Positions 47,578 through 56,224 of a stretch of 64,000 nt of DNA are shown piece after piece. How positions within the stretch are numbered: the first letter of the stretch is position 1; each line of letters opens with the position of its first letter. This DNA is from an uncultured Candidatus Saccharibacteria bacterium (GTDB taxonomy: Bacteria > Patescibacteriota > Minisyncoccia > UBA6257 > 2-01-FULL-56-20): contig CAYLWL010000002.1 of the NCBI GenBank assembly GCA_964387675.1, positions 22,514 to 86,513 on the forward strand, in the 5' to 3' direction. The position numbers and the translations under genes are program-made. Under the pieces are notes generated by a model. The model was not told where the DNA came from. It saw only the letters and a list, made by a program, of their open reading frames with translations, and searched no databases.

Positions 47578-49262
47578 CTCACCTCCCGCACGCCTTTTAC
47601 TTTTTTTAGTTTGACAATGAGTTTTTGCAGGGTCTTCTTATCGGTAGTATCAACCTCCACTTTGTTTATCAAAAATTTCCCGGGCTGATGGGGGGCATGG
47701 AAGCTTAGAATTTTTATGTGCGATTGGGCAATAGCGGCTGATATGTCTTTGATCAAACCGACGCGGTCCTCGACGGTGATCTTCAGTTCGGTTTTGGTTG
47801 GCAGGTTGGCGCGCCTCGCGAAATCTCCCCGATTGCGCAACGCGTTTTTGATGTGATCCCGCGCGAGCGCGGTTTTCACGAATTTCAGCCAGTCCTCGGC
47901 CGGCTTTTTATTTTTTTGCGTGATGATTTCGACGAGTTCGCCGGAATGAAGCTCGTGATCCAGGGGGACGAGGGTGTTGTTCACTTTGGCGCCGACACAC
48001 GAGTCGCCGACTTCGCTGTGGATTTGGTACGCAAAATCGACCGGCGTCGATCCGACCGGCAAGTCAATGACGTCTCCCTTCGGGGTGATCGCGAAAATCC
48101 TGTCCTTGAAAAAATCAATTTTCATCGCTTGCATGAATTCATCGGGTTCGTAATCCTTGCTCCGGAACTTTTCCTGCCAGTTTTTGAGCTGTTGCACCCA
48201 GCGCAGTTCTTCGGCCATCTTTTTTGCCGCGCCGCCGGCCGCGACGCCCTTTTTCGATTGTTCATATATCCAATGAGCCGCGACGCCATGCTCGTTTTCC
48301 TCGTGCATCGATTTGGTCCGTATCTGGAACTCGACCATCTTGCCTTCGGGGCCGATGACCGTGGTGTGCAAACTTCGGTAATTATTCGGCTTGGGCATGG
48401 CAATGTAGTCCTTGATGCGTCCCGGGAGCGGCGGCCACTTTTCGTGAATGATGCCGAGCACGGCGTAGCACTCGGGAATCGTTTCCACAATAATCCTCAT
48501 GGCCACGATGTCGTATATCTTTTCCATATCCATATTGTGCCGCAGAAGTTTGTGGTATAAGCTCGACCGGCGTTTGGCCCGGAAGTCTATCTGAATCGGT
48601 TTCAATTTGTGCTGATGCAGGGTTTCTTCGAGCGCGGGTTTTATGTGCTCCAGATATCGGTACCTGTTTTCGTAGAGTTCCACGGCGATTTTTTCGAGCC
48701 ATTTGTCTTCTTTGTGATAGAGATAAGGGAAGGCGAGGTCGTGCAGTTCTCCGCTCAAATTTTGCATACCCAGGCGATAGGCGAGCGGGGCGTAAATTTC
48801 GTCGGTTTCGAGCGCGATCCTTTTCTGCTTGACGGGCGGGAGCGCCGCGAGCGTTTTCATGTTATGGAGCCGGTCGGCGAGTTTGATGAAAACCACCCGC
48901 AGATCGTGGCTTAGGGCGAGTATCATTTTTCTCATGTTCTCGACTTTGCTTTCCACGCCGCGATATTTTATCCTGCCGAGCTTGGTGACCCCATCCACCA
49001 AAAACGCCACTTCCTCGCCGAATTGTTCTTTAATCTGCGCGATCGGCACGCCCGTATCCTCCACGATGTCGTGGAGCAGGCCGGCCGCGATAGTATCTTC
49101 ATCCAGGTGCCACTCATTCAAAATTTCCGCGGTGGCGAGGACATGCTTGAAGTACGGCTCGCCGTTTTCTCTCTTCTGGCCGGCGTGCGCTTTCTCCGCG
49201 AAAGCGAATGCTCTTCCGGTGACGCTATTCGGTTTTATTTTGACGAATTCCGCTATGGTCAT
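47562..49262 (-). CDS. spoT: RelA/SpoT family (p)ppGpp synthetase/hydrolase
   Basis: LHDIVED HD motif, KDYIA.PK.NNY.SLHT, EFQIRT, TGS and ACT domains. Confidence 0.9.
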   Translation of the reverse strand: MTIAEFVKIKPNSVTGRAFAFAEKAHAGQKRENGEPYFKHVLATAEILNEWHLDEDTIAAGLLHDIVEDTGVPIAQIKEQFGEEVAFLVDGVTKLGRIKYRGVESKVENMRKMILALSHDLRVVFIKLADRLHNMKTLAALPPVKQKRIALETDEIYAPLAYRLGMQNLSGELHDLAFPYLYHKEDKWLEKIAVELYENRYRYLEHIKPALEETLHQHKLKPIQIDFRAKRRSSLYHKLLRHNMDMEKIYDIVAMRIIVETIPECYAVLGIIHEKWPPLPGRIKDYIAMPKPNNYRSLHTTVIGPEGKMVEFQIRTKSMHEENEHGVAAHWIYEQSKKGVAAGGAAKKMAEELRWVQQLKNWQEKFRSKDYEPDEFMQAMKIDFFKDRIFAITPKGDVIDLPVGSTPVDFAYQIHSEVGDSCVGAKVNNTLVPLDHELHSGELVEIITQKNKKPAEDWLKFVKTALARDHIKNALRNRGDFARRANLPTKTELKITVEDRVGLIKDISAAIAQSHIKILSFHAPHQPGKFLINKVEVDTTDKKTLQKLIVKLKKVKGVREVSYKLV

Positions 49263-49420
49263 CCATTTAAGTGTCAGGTGTCAAGTGTCAGGTGTCAAGA
49301 AAAACGAAGAGAAAACGAAATAACCGTCCGGAAAACCCGAATGGCTATCATCGCTAAATCTCCCGCTTCGCCAACGAAGCGAGGCGAGTCGGCGAAGCGA
49401 GTGATAATTTAAAGTTTTTC

Positions 49421-50002
49421 TTAACTTTTTCTTGCAACGACAACGGCAACCATAGTAAGGATGCTGACGAAAAGAGGAAACCAAACTTGTGAAAACCATG
49501 GAACCGGAATCAAGAAAAGGACGTCGGGGGTAAGGAGCGATGAAGGCCAACGAACCGTTGCCCACAAGCCGACGTAGTAAAAAATGTCCCACGCGGCGAA
49601 CGTCCAGAGAAATATCGCCCACCGCTCCCGTAAAGACGCAGTCGCGAGAAGAGCAACGACAAGTAGCATAATCATCGTGGCGGCTTCCCGAAAGAATTCC
49701 AGCACCAGCAAGCTCCTGGGCAGTTCGCCGAGAATTTGGGATTGCTGGTAGATGCCGGCAGAAAGCCGGGCCACATCGGAAAGCGTGCCGCCGTATCCGG
49801 GAAGGAGTCCTACCGCCGCGCGGAGATATACCACAACCGATGCTTCCACGAATCCGAAAGCGATTCCGAACAAACCGGCAAAGGTGAGCGTCCATATTGA
49901 TATGCCGAGTCCTTCCTTTCGCCATAAAGCGTACGCGACAAAGGGAACGGCAAAAAGGAGATTTACCCACCACGGTTTGGCGAAAAGTACGAGTTCGTTC
50001 AT
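49421..50002 (-). CDS. hypothetical membrane protein
   Basis: EASVVVYLR, REAAT..ML, WDIFYY, FLIPVPW; ATGA overlap with the topA stop. Confidence 0.75.
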   Translation of the reverse strand: MNELVLFAKPWWVNLLFAVPFVAYALWRKEGLGISIWTLTFAGLFGIAFGFVEASVVVYLRAAVGLLPGYGGTLSDVARLSAGIYQQSQILGELPRSLLVLEFFREAATMIMLLVVALLATASLRERWAIFLWTFAAWDIFYYVGLWATVRWPSSLLTPDVLFLIPVPWFSQVWFPLFVSILTMVAVVVARKS

Positions 50003-52374
50003 CTTTTTGGTTTCGGGGGATTCTCCCCGGCACCAGAAGACTTTTTGTCTTCGGTGCGGCCCGCTTCGCTGGAGCTTAAGCGAGGCGAGGGCTTCGCTCT
50101 CCATTCTTTATATGCGGCGTTGAGTTCATCCTCATTCTCGGGCCGCTTGTTCATCACGAAGGCGCAGTCCGGGAATCTGGTGCAGGCCCAGAACGGCTTG
50201 CCCCGCCCGCGGGATTTTTTCTCGACGATGTCGCCGATTAACTGCTTATCGCTTATCGCTAACTGCTTATCGTCTTTTGCATCGGGCTCTTTGCTCTTTG
50301 CTCTTTGCTCTTTGCAGTTAGGACACTTGAAGCCGGTTTTGTTCCAGATTCTCGAAACGCCTTTGCATTTCGGGTAATCGCTGCATCCCAAAAAGAATCC
50401 AAATCGTCCTCGTTTCACATCCATCGGTTTTCCACACAGCGGGCATCGTTCATCTTTTGTTTTTTCCTGAAGTTCTTTGATTTTTGCCGCTTCTTCGGGC
50501 ATCGGCAGTGTTACTTTGCTTTCGGGATCGGGACAGACCAAAAACTTCCCCATCCGGCCAAACTTCATGATCATCGGCTTGCCGCAATGGGGGCAGGGAG
50601 TGTCGGAAACTTCAGTGTGTTTCAACACACTTTCTTCTTTTTCGGCAAGATGTTTTTTGAACGGAGTGTAAAATTCGCGCATCACCTCCGTCCACTTTAT
50701 TTTTCCTTCGGCTATCGAATCGAACTCTTCTTCGACGTGAGAAGTGAACTTGATGTCCACGATTTCGGGGAAGTGCTCTACCAGGAGATCGTTTACCACC
50801 ATGCCGATTTCTGTGGGGTGATACTTTTTTTCAATCTTCTCAACGTATTCCCGCGCTTGGATAGTGGAGAGTGTCGGGGCATAGGTCGAAGGGCGGCCGA
50901 TGCCTTCCGCCTCGAGTACTTTAATGAGCGTCGCGTCCGTGTATCTCGGCAGGGGCTCCGTGAAGTGTCGGAGAGGATCGATTTTTTTTATCGTGAGCGC
51001 GTCTCCCTCGGCAAGCTTAGGGAGAGATGCTTGGTAGTCCTCGTCGGCTCCGCCAGCCGGCTGATCGTCGCGGCCTTCGGTGTACACTCTTATAAAGCCA
51101 TCGAAGACAACTCTTTGGCCGTTCGCCCGAAACGTTCCGCTCTTGTCGTCGGCGATGACGTCGACCGCCGTCTGTTCCATCTCCGCGGATCGCATCTGCG
51201 AGGCGAGCGTCCGTTTCCAGATGAGGCCATAAAGTCGATTTTGTCCACGGTCTTGAAAAAGGTCACCGCGGCGCGAAAGGTCCGTCGGTCGGATGGCTTC
51301 GTGCGCTTCCTGCGCGCCTTTGGATTTGGCGGTATAGACGCGAGGAACGTCGAGCGCGTATTGCGCGCCGAATTCGTCCGCGATGACGCTTTTTGCTTGG
51401 GCGAGCGCGGACGAGGCGAGGGAAACGCTGTCTGTTCTCATATACGTTATGTGGCCGTTTTCATAAAGTTGTTGCGCGATCACCATGGTCTGCTTCGCCG
51501 AGAATCCTAATTTTCTCGCCGCTTCCTGCTGGAGAGTAGAGGTGGTGAACGGCGGCGCCGGGTTGCGAAGTACGTCTTTGACAGTGACCGATTGGACGGC
51601 ATATTTTTTGTTTTTGAGACGGGATACGATCTTGTCGGCCGAGTCGCCGTCTTTGATATCCATTTTGCCGAGAGATTTTCCGTCGAGCGCCACGAGCCGC
51701 GTCCGGAACGGATTACCTTTCACTCCTTTCGCAAAGTCCGCTTCGACGGACCAATATTCTTCACTCTTGAACTTTTGGATTTCCCGCTCGCGTTCTACGA
51801 TGAGCCGCACGGCAACGGACTGAACGCGGCCGGCAGATAATCCATAGCGAATTTTTCTCCACAAGAAAGGAGAGAGCTCGTAACCCACCATTCTGTCGAG
51901 CACTCTTCGCGCTTGTTGGGCATCAACAAGGTTCATGTCGATCTCCCGCGGGTTTTTAAGGGCCTCCTCGATAGCGGGTTTTGTGATTTCATGGAAGGCG
52001 ATGCGCTCAATCGGCAAAGGGCCGATAGCCGATGGCAAAGGGGCGGACCTTTTGCTCTTTGCTCTTTGCTCTTTGCCGTTCAAGCCAAGGGCTTGAACAA
52101 GGTGCCAGGCGATTGCTTCTCCTTCCCGGTCCTCATCGGTTGCGAGGATAACCCCCTCGGCCTTCTCCATTCTGTTTTGCAAGTTCTTGATGACGTCCTT
52201 CGCCTTCACGGGAATCGTATACGTCGGCGCAAAATCGTGTTCGACATCTATGCCGAACTTGCTTTTTGGCAGGTCGCGAACGTGGCCGTAAGACGATTCG
52301 ACTTCAAAGTTTTTTCCAAGGAACTTGCCGATTGTCTTGGCCTTGGTGGGGGATTCTACGATTACTAATTTCAT
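49999..52374 (-). CDS. topA: DNA topoisomerase I
   Basis: LVIVESPTKAKTI, ATDEDREGE, SAGRVQS, ITYMRTDS, zinc ribbons. Confidence 0.96.
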   Translation of the reverse strand: MKLVIVESPTKAKTIGKFLGKNFEVESSYGHVRDLPKSKFGIDVEHDFAPTYTIPVKAKDVIKNLQNRMEKAEGVILATDEDREGEAIAWHLVQALGLNGKEQRAKSKRSAPLPSAIGPLPIERIAFHEITKPAIEEALKNPREIDMNLVDAQQARRVLDRMVGYELSPFLWRKIRYGLSAGRVQSVAVRLIVEREREIQKFKSEEYWSVEADFAKGVKGNPFRTRLVALDGKSLGKMDIKDGDSADKIVSRLKNKKYAVQSVTVKDVLRNPAPPFTTSTLQQEAARKLGFSAKQTMVIAQQLYENGHITYMRTDSVSLASSALAQAKSVIADEFGAQYALDVPRVYTAKSKGAQEAHEAIRPTDLSRRGDLFQDRGQNRLYGLIWKRTLASQMRSAEMEQTAVDVIADDKSGTFRANGQRVVFDGFIRVYTEGRDDQPAGGADEDYQASLPKLAEGDALTIKKIDPLRHFTEPLPRYTDATLIKVLEAEGIGRPSTYAPTLSTIQAREYVEKIEKKYHPTEIGMVVNDLLVEHFPEIVDIKFTSHVEEEFDSIAEGKIKWTEVMREFYTPFKKHLAEKEESVLKHTEVSDTPCPHCGKPMIMKFGRMGKFLVCPDPESKVTLPMPEEAAKIKELQEKTKDERCPLCGKPMDVKRGRFGFFLGCSDYPKCKGVSRIWNKTGFKCPNCKEQRAKSKEPDAKDDKQLAISDKQLIGDIVEKKSRGRGKPFWACTRFPDCAFVMNKRPENEDELNAAYKEWRAKPSPRLSSSEAGRTEDKKSSGAGENPPKPKR

Positions 52375-52814
52375 TTCTTTGCTATTTTTAAGTATTTTTG
52401 GACCCCTTCGAGCCAACCGCCCGAAAAGTACTTTTCCGGTTTGAAGTTTTTCACGGAAATCCACAAATACCGAGAGTGTCTTTTGGAAAGCCGGATAGTG
52501 CCGCCAATATATTTTGCCCGATAGCCGACGGCAAAAATTCTCGCCTTTTTGCGTCCGCCTGGCATTCTTTCCTTTCTTTCGTGCCTCATAAAAACCACGG
52601 GTTTTCCAAGGTCGTATTTAATACGAGAACCGAGTTCCTCCTTTACTTTTCTTTGCAAGATTTTCTCTAATGGAGTATTAAATTCGTTGGGTAAGATTCT
52701 CCCGCCCGGTATGTCCCAATGTTTAAAACTATCTTCAAAAATAAAGAGTTTGCCCCCTTTTCTTAAGAAAACTTTGACCGCGACATAATAAACATCTTTC
52801 GCGTTATTTTTCAT
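52371..52814 (-). CDS. NUDIX hydrolase
   Basis: WDIPGGRI...LQRKVKEELG. Confidence 0.75.
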   Translation of the reverse strand: MKNNAKDVYYVAVKVFLRKGGKLFIFEDSFKHWDIPGGRILPNEFNTPLEKILQRKVKEELGSRIKYDLGKPVVFMRHERKERMPGGRKKARIFAVGYRAKYIGGTIRLSKRHSRYLWISVKNFKPEKYFSGGWLEGVQKYLKIAKK

Positions 52815-53851
52815 ACTGATTGCGCATTGGTTGCGTAGCCCTGGGCCGTTTCTCTCACGACATCTTTCATTATAAGGAATGTGAGGGCCTTGTTTATGTC
52901 CGAAGTATTGAGATTAGTCAATTCCGTGAGTTTGTCAACATCGGCCGGCGCGCCGATCTTCGCGAGCGCCGCAAAAACCCGCTTTTCTTCTTCGGTTTCG
53001 AGGTGCGCCAAACTGCCTTTCGTCGAAGCGGTTTCGATGCCGAATGCCTGCAGGATTTCTTCTGATTTGGTGACAAGCTCGGCGCCGGCGCGGATAAGCT
53101 GGTTCGAGCCGTAGAAATTCGGATGGTTGACCGGCCCGGGGACGACGAACACTTCCCGATTTTGTTCCAGCGCCAGACGGGCGGTGACGAGCGATCCGGA
53201 ATGTTTAGGCGCTTCAATGACGAGCGTGCCGCGCGAGAGGCCGCTCACAATTCTGTTGCGTTCCAGGAATCGATATTGGAATACTTCCGAGCCGAGCGGA
53301 TATTCAGAAATCACCGCGCCGCCCGACTCGATGATTTTTTTAGCCAATCGCTCATTTGTTCTGGGGCAAATTTGGTCGAGTCCGTTTGCGAGAACGGCGA
53401 CCGCTTTTCCTCCACCATTGAGGCATCCTTCGTGCGCCGCGGCATCAAGGCCCAAAGCCAAACCGCTTACGATCGCAAAACCGTTTCTTGCGAGTTCCGA
53501 GGCGAACTGTTTTGCCAGGGCCTTGCCGTCATACGTCGCTTTTCTCGTGCCGACGATCGCTACCGGCGGCAAGGAATCATCCGGTATGGTTCCGAGGACA
53601 TATATTCCGAACGGTGATTGAGGTATTTCTCGAAGCAGTTTTGGATACGCCGCATCTTCTTGGATCAGTAATCGTACTCCTCCTTTTTCGAGTTTTTTCC
53701 ATTCCCGCTCAACTTCAATGCCCGTGCCGCCACCGAGGGCGTTCCATGCTTTTTCCCAATCCCCGAACCGATCTTTGATTTTCGCGTTTTTTCGGTAATC
53801 TCCCTGATTGAGCAGGTTGATGGCGTTGTAAAATACTACTCCAGGATTCAT
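52811..53851 (-). CDS. dprA: DNA-processing protein DprA
   Basis: AIVGTR, VSGLALGLD..AH, RNRIVSGLS, SGSLVTA; start codon uncertain. Confidence 0.93.
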   Translation of the reverse strand: MNPGVVFYNAINLLNQGDYRKNAKIKDRFGDWEKAWNALGGGTGIEVEREWKKLEKGGVRLLIQEDAAYPKLLREIPQSPFGIYVLGTIPDDSLPPVAIVGTRKATYDGKALAKQFASELARNGFAIVSGLALGLDAAAHEGCLNGGGKAVAVLANGLDQICPRTNERLAKKIIESGGAVISEYPLGSEVFQYRFLERNRIVSGLSRGTLVIEAPKHSGSLVTARLALEQNREVFVVPGPVNHPNFYGSNQLIRAGAELVTKSEEILQAFGIETASTKGSLAHLETEEEKRVFAALAKIGAPADVDKLTELTNLNTSDINKALTFLIMKDVVRETAQGYATNAQSV

Positions 53852-53915
53852 TTTGTAAGAATAGCCCATACCGGGATTATGATACAAATGGGTGTTATTT
53901 GCTACAATAGTAAAG

Positions 53916-54449
53916 ATGGGACCAGATTATTTTAGGCGAGAACTGACCGTCAATTTTTCGATTATCATCGGGAGCATGGTTGTGTTCGCGGGGATATTGT
54001 ATTTCTTTTCACAGGAGCTGTCTTCCGAAGCGGAAAAAATCGTTGCTCGTCGGCTGCTGATCAACCAGCGCGTCAGCGCCATCGGGACGCTCGCCGCGTT
54101 GAAAAAAGACGCGCCGCAAGCTGATGCGTATCTCCATGCGATGAATTGGCTTCTTGTTGCTCAAGATCAGCTCCTCGAGTTCCCGCGCTGGCTTGACGGG
54201 CTTGCGCGAGTAAGACAAACAGGGATCAAGTTTTCTTTTCACGGCAACCAGGTTGCTCCGCGGGAAAATTCGCCGGGATATATTCCATTCTCGCTTGATC
54301 TGCAAGGGGGGTTGCAAAACCTCACGGATTTTTTGAAAGATGTGGAGTTTCAGTCGCCGCGATTTCTCGCGGAGATAGATAATTTCGATATTACGAAGAA
54401 CGAGTCCGGATACCGGCTTTCGGCAAACGGCAGAGTATTCTTCCAATAA
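53916..54449 (+). CDS. PilO-like pilus assembly protein
   Basis: Transmembrane helix, coiled coil, G...L..FL..VE..PR ferredoxin-like pattern. Confidence 0.6.
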   Translation: MGPDYFRRELTVNFSIIIGSMVVFAGILYFFSQELSSEAEKIVARRLLINQRVSAIGTLAALKKDAPQADAYLHAMNWLLVAQDQLLEFPRWLDGLARVRQTGIKFSFHGNQVAPRENSPGYIPFSLDLQGGLQNLTDFLKDVEFQSPRFLAEIDNFDITKNESGYRLSANGRVFFQ

Positions 54450-54452
54450 AAA

Positions 54453-54668
54453 ATGAAAGACCTTTTTAAAAAACGCCCCGAATTTGTTTTTGCCGGCATT
54501 ACGATCTTGTTTCTGACAATCTTGATCGGGTATTTCGCGTGGGGGATGCGAATGATTATGACAAATCTCGGTACCGCGATCGGATCCGGGACCAGAAATG
54601 GCCAAGCAGGCGCGGGATTTGATTTGGAAGGAGCGAAGAGGTTAGACTTGAAAGGATTGATTCAATAG
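54453..54668 (+). CDS. small membrane protein
   Basis: 71 aa, single transmembrane helix, follows the PilO-like gene. Confidence 0.6.
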   Translation: MKDLFKKRPEFVFAGITILFLTILIGYFAWGMRMIMTNLGTAIGSGTRNGQAGAGFDLEGAKRLDLKGLIQ

Positions 54669-54713
54669 GTTCGCAACCGATAATGCTTTATCTGCCGGGG
54701 GAAGTGAGTGAAT

Positions 54714-54985
54714 GCGCGATTAGCTCAGTGGCAGACCTGCCTGCCGGCAGGCAGGTCTGCCTGCCGGCAGGCAGGGCGCTTGTTGACCCCGCACCTTCGG
54801 AGGCGTATTATTTTAGGAATCGATGCAAGCGCGTGTAGCTCAGTGGTTAGAGCGCGTCGTTGACATCGACGAGGCCCGTGGTCCGATTCCACGCACGCGC
54901 ACGGTTTTTAATTGGAACATACACGCCTCCAAAGTTGACGGGGCAAGCACGCAAGAGGCCGCAGGTCCGATCCCTGCATCGCGCA
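54714..54985 (+). pseudogene. interrupted tRNA-Val-like gene with two insertions (pseudogene or processed precursor)
   Basis: Acceptor GCGCGAT/ATCGCGC-A, T-arm GCAGG-TCCGATC-CCTGC, anticodon stem CTTGT/GCAAG; 40-nt insertion in the D arm and about 160 nt in the anticodon loop. Confidence 0.75.
54829..54901 (+). tRNA. tRNA-Val(GAC), nested in the interrupted tRNA
   Basis: GCGCGTG-TA-GCTC...GAGC-G-CGTCG-TT-GAC-AT-CGACG...CACGCGC-A. Confidence 0.93.
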
Positions 54986-55106
54986 CAAAACTTATGAGGA
55001 GAGAATTGATAAATTAGGGAGTTGCTTTTTCTCGGTTTTTTGGTATTATCTTTTTAGCCAAAGACGCCTTGCAAGCGCGCTTTTTTCTCAACAAAAGAGG
55101 TGGCGA

Positions 55107-55751
55107 ATGATCCAGGGTCTTCCTGCGCCACGGGTGATTATCTGCGATATGGGGAATGTTCTCGTGAACGTAACTCCTCCGGATCAAACCGCTTTTTTTG
55201 CCAAGTGCGCCGTTTCGGCCGAAGAGATCAAAAGGTTTTTTACCGCCGATGAAGAGTTTTTCGAGTACGAGCGAGGGCATACTCCAAGGGAGAGATTTTT
55301 CGAGATCGTTCAAGAGAAACTCGGATACCGCGGGGATTTTCGGCAATGGGTCGATGATTTCTGCGACATCTTCAGCTTGAACCGAGAAGTGTACGACTTG
55401 CTTTTGGGAGACGTGAAAATCAATAACCAAGTGGAGATTTGGCTATTGTCGAACCTGAACGAGCTTCACTACGAGTTCCTGTTAAAGCGCTGGCCAGGAG
55501 TTTTCTCGAGTTGTCGAAGGGTTTTTCTTTCTTTCGAGCTTGGGATGAGAAAGCCGGAACCGGCGATTTGGGAATTGATTTTGCGAACCGAGGGCGCCAA
55601 GAGAGAGCGGTGTCTGCTGATAGATGACCTGGAAGCGAACTGCCGCGGCGCGTTCGATGCCGGCATGTCAAGCGTCATGTTCCTCGGCATCCTCAAATTG
55701 CGCGAACAGCTTGAGAAATTCGGACTCAATCTTGAAAACCGCGAGGAATAG
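55107..55751 (+). CDS. HAD-family phosphatase
   Basis: ICDMGNVL, LSN, KPEP.I, IDD..AN. Confidence 0.85.
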   Translation: MIQGLPAPRVIICDMGNVLVNVTPPDQTAFFAKCAVSAEEIKRFFTADEEFFEYERGHTPRERFFEIVQEKLGYRGDFRQWVDDFCDIFSLNREVYDLLLGDVKINNQVEIWLLSNLNELHYEFLLKRWPGVFSSCRRVFLSFELGMRKPEPAIWELILRTEGAKRERCLLIDDLEANCRGAFDAGMSSVMFLGILKLREQLEKFGLNLENREE

Positions 55752-55808
55752 AAAGGGCAACTGCTCCGGGCTTTCGACCCGGAGCTTTCTTTTTTCAATC
55801 AATTTATT

Positions 55809-56082
55809 CTAGAACCCATCTCAAAATACCGCGAGCCGCGATAGAGGCCAATGTCCGCGAGGCCGCGGAGCGAGGACGAAGGTGTACCTTGTGGTACTCC
55901 GAGTCCGAAGCGACAATGGCCTAGTGGAAATTGGTCCTATCCCGAAGGGTTTTCGCTATTTTCTCCGCCCGCTGCGTTACGGCTCGGTCGCGGTGCATAA
56001 AGCACGGCTCTCTCGCCAAGCCTTGCGGATCGGAGAAAATAGCTGAAAACGCGACTTCGTGGTATTTTGAGATGGGTTCTAG
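55809..56082. mobile_element. MITE-like element with about 30-bp terminal inverted repeats
   Basis: CTAGAACCCATCTCAAAATACCGCGAG... / ...TTCGTGGTATTTTGAGATGGGTTCTAG; no transposase inside. Confidence 0.75.
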
Positions 56083-56105
56083 TAAGGAACGGAAGCAAAG
56101 TTTTT

Positions 56106-56177
56106 GGGTGTGTAGTTCAGTGGTAGAACGCTGTCCTGATAAGACAGAGGTCGATGGTTCGATTCCATCCACACCCA
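56106..56177 (+). tRNA. tRNA-Ile(GAT)
   Basis: CTGTC-CT-GAT-AA-GACAG anticodon arm; GGTTCGATTCC. Confidence 0.95.
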
Positions 56178-56224
56178 CAAAATCAAACCCAAATTTTACT
56201 GCGGGGCGCAATAATAACGAGGAG

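Noticed and set aside
50305-51510. Long antisense ORFs (also 903..1754, 10459..11538, 22830..23774)
   Set aside because: Shadows of well-supported genes on the opposite strand with no recognisable motifs.
54787-54947. Group I or II intron in the outer tRNA
   Set aside because: Too short once the nested tRNA is removed; no P7-like core or domain V visible.
55931-56224. N-terminal extension of ORF 55931..56698
   Set aside because: It overlaps the MITE and tRNA-Ile; ATG 56225 is the more plausible start.
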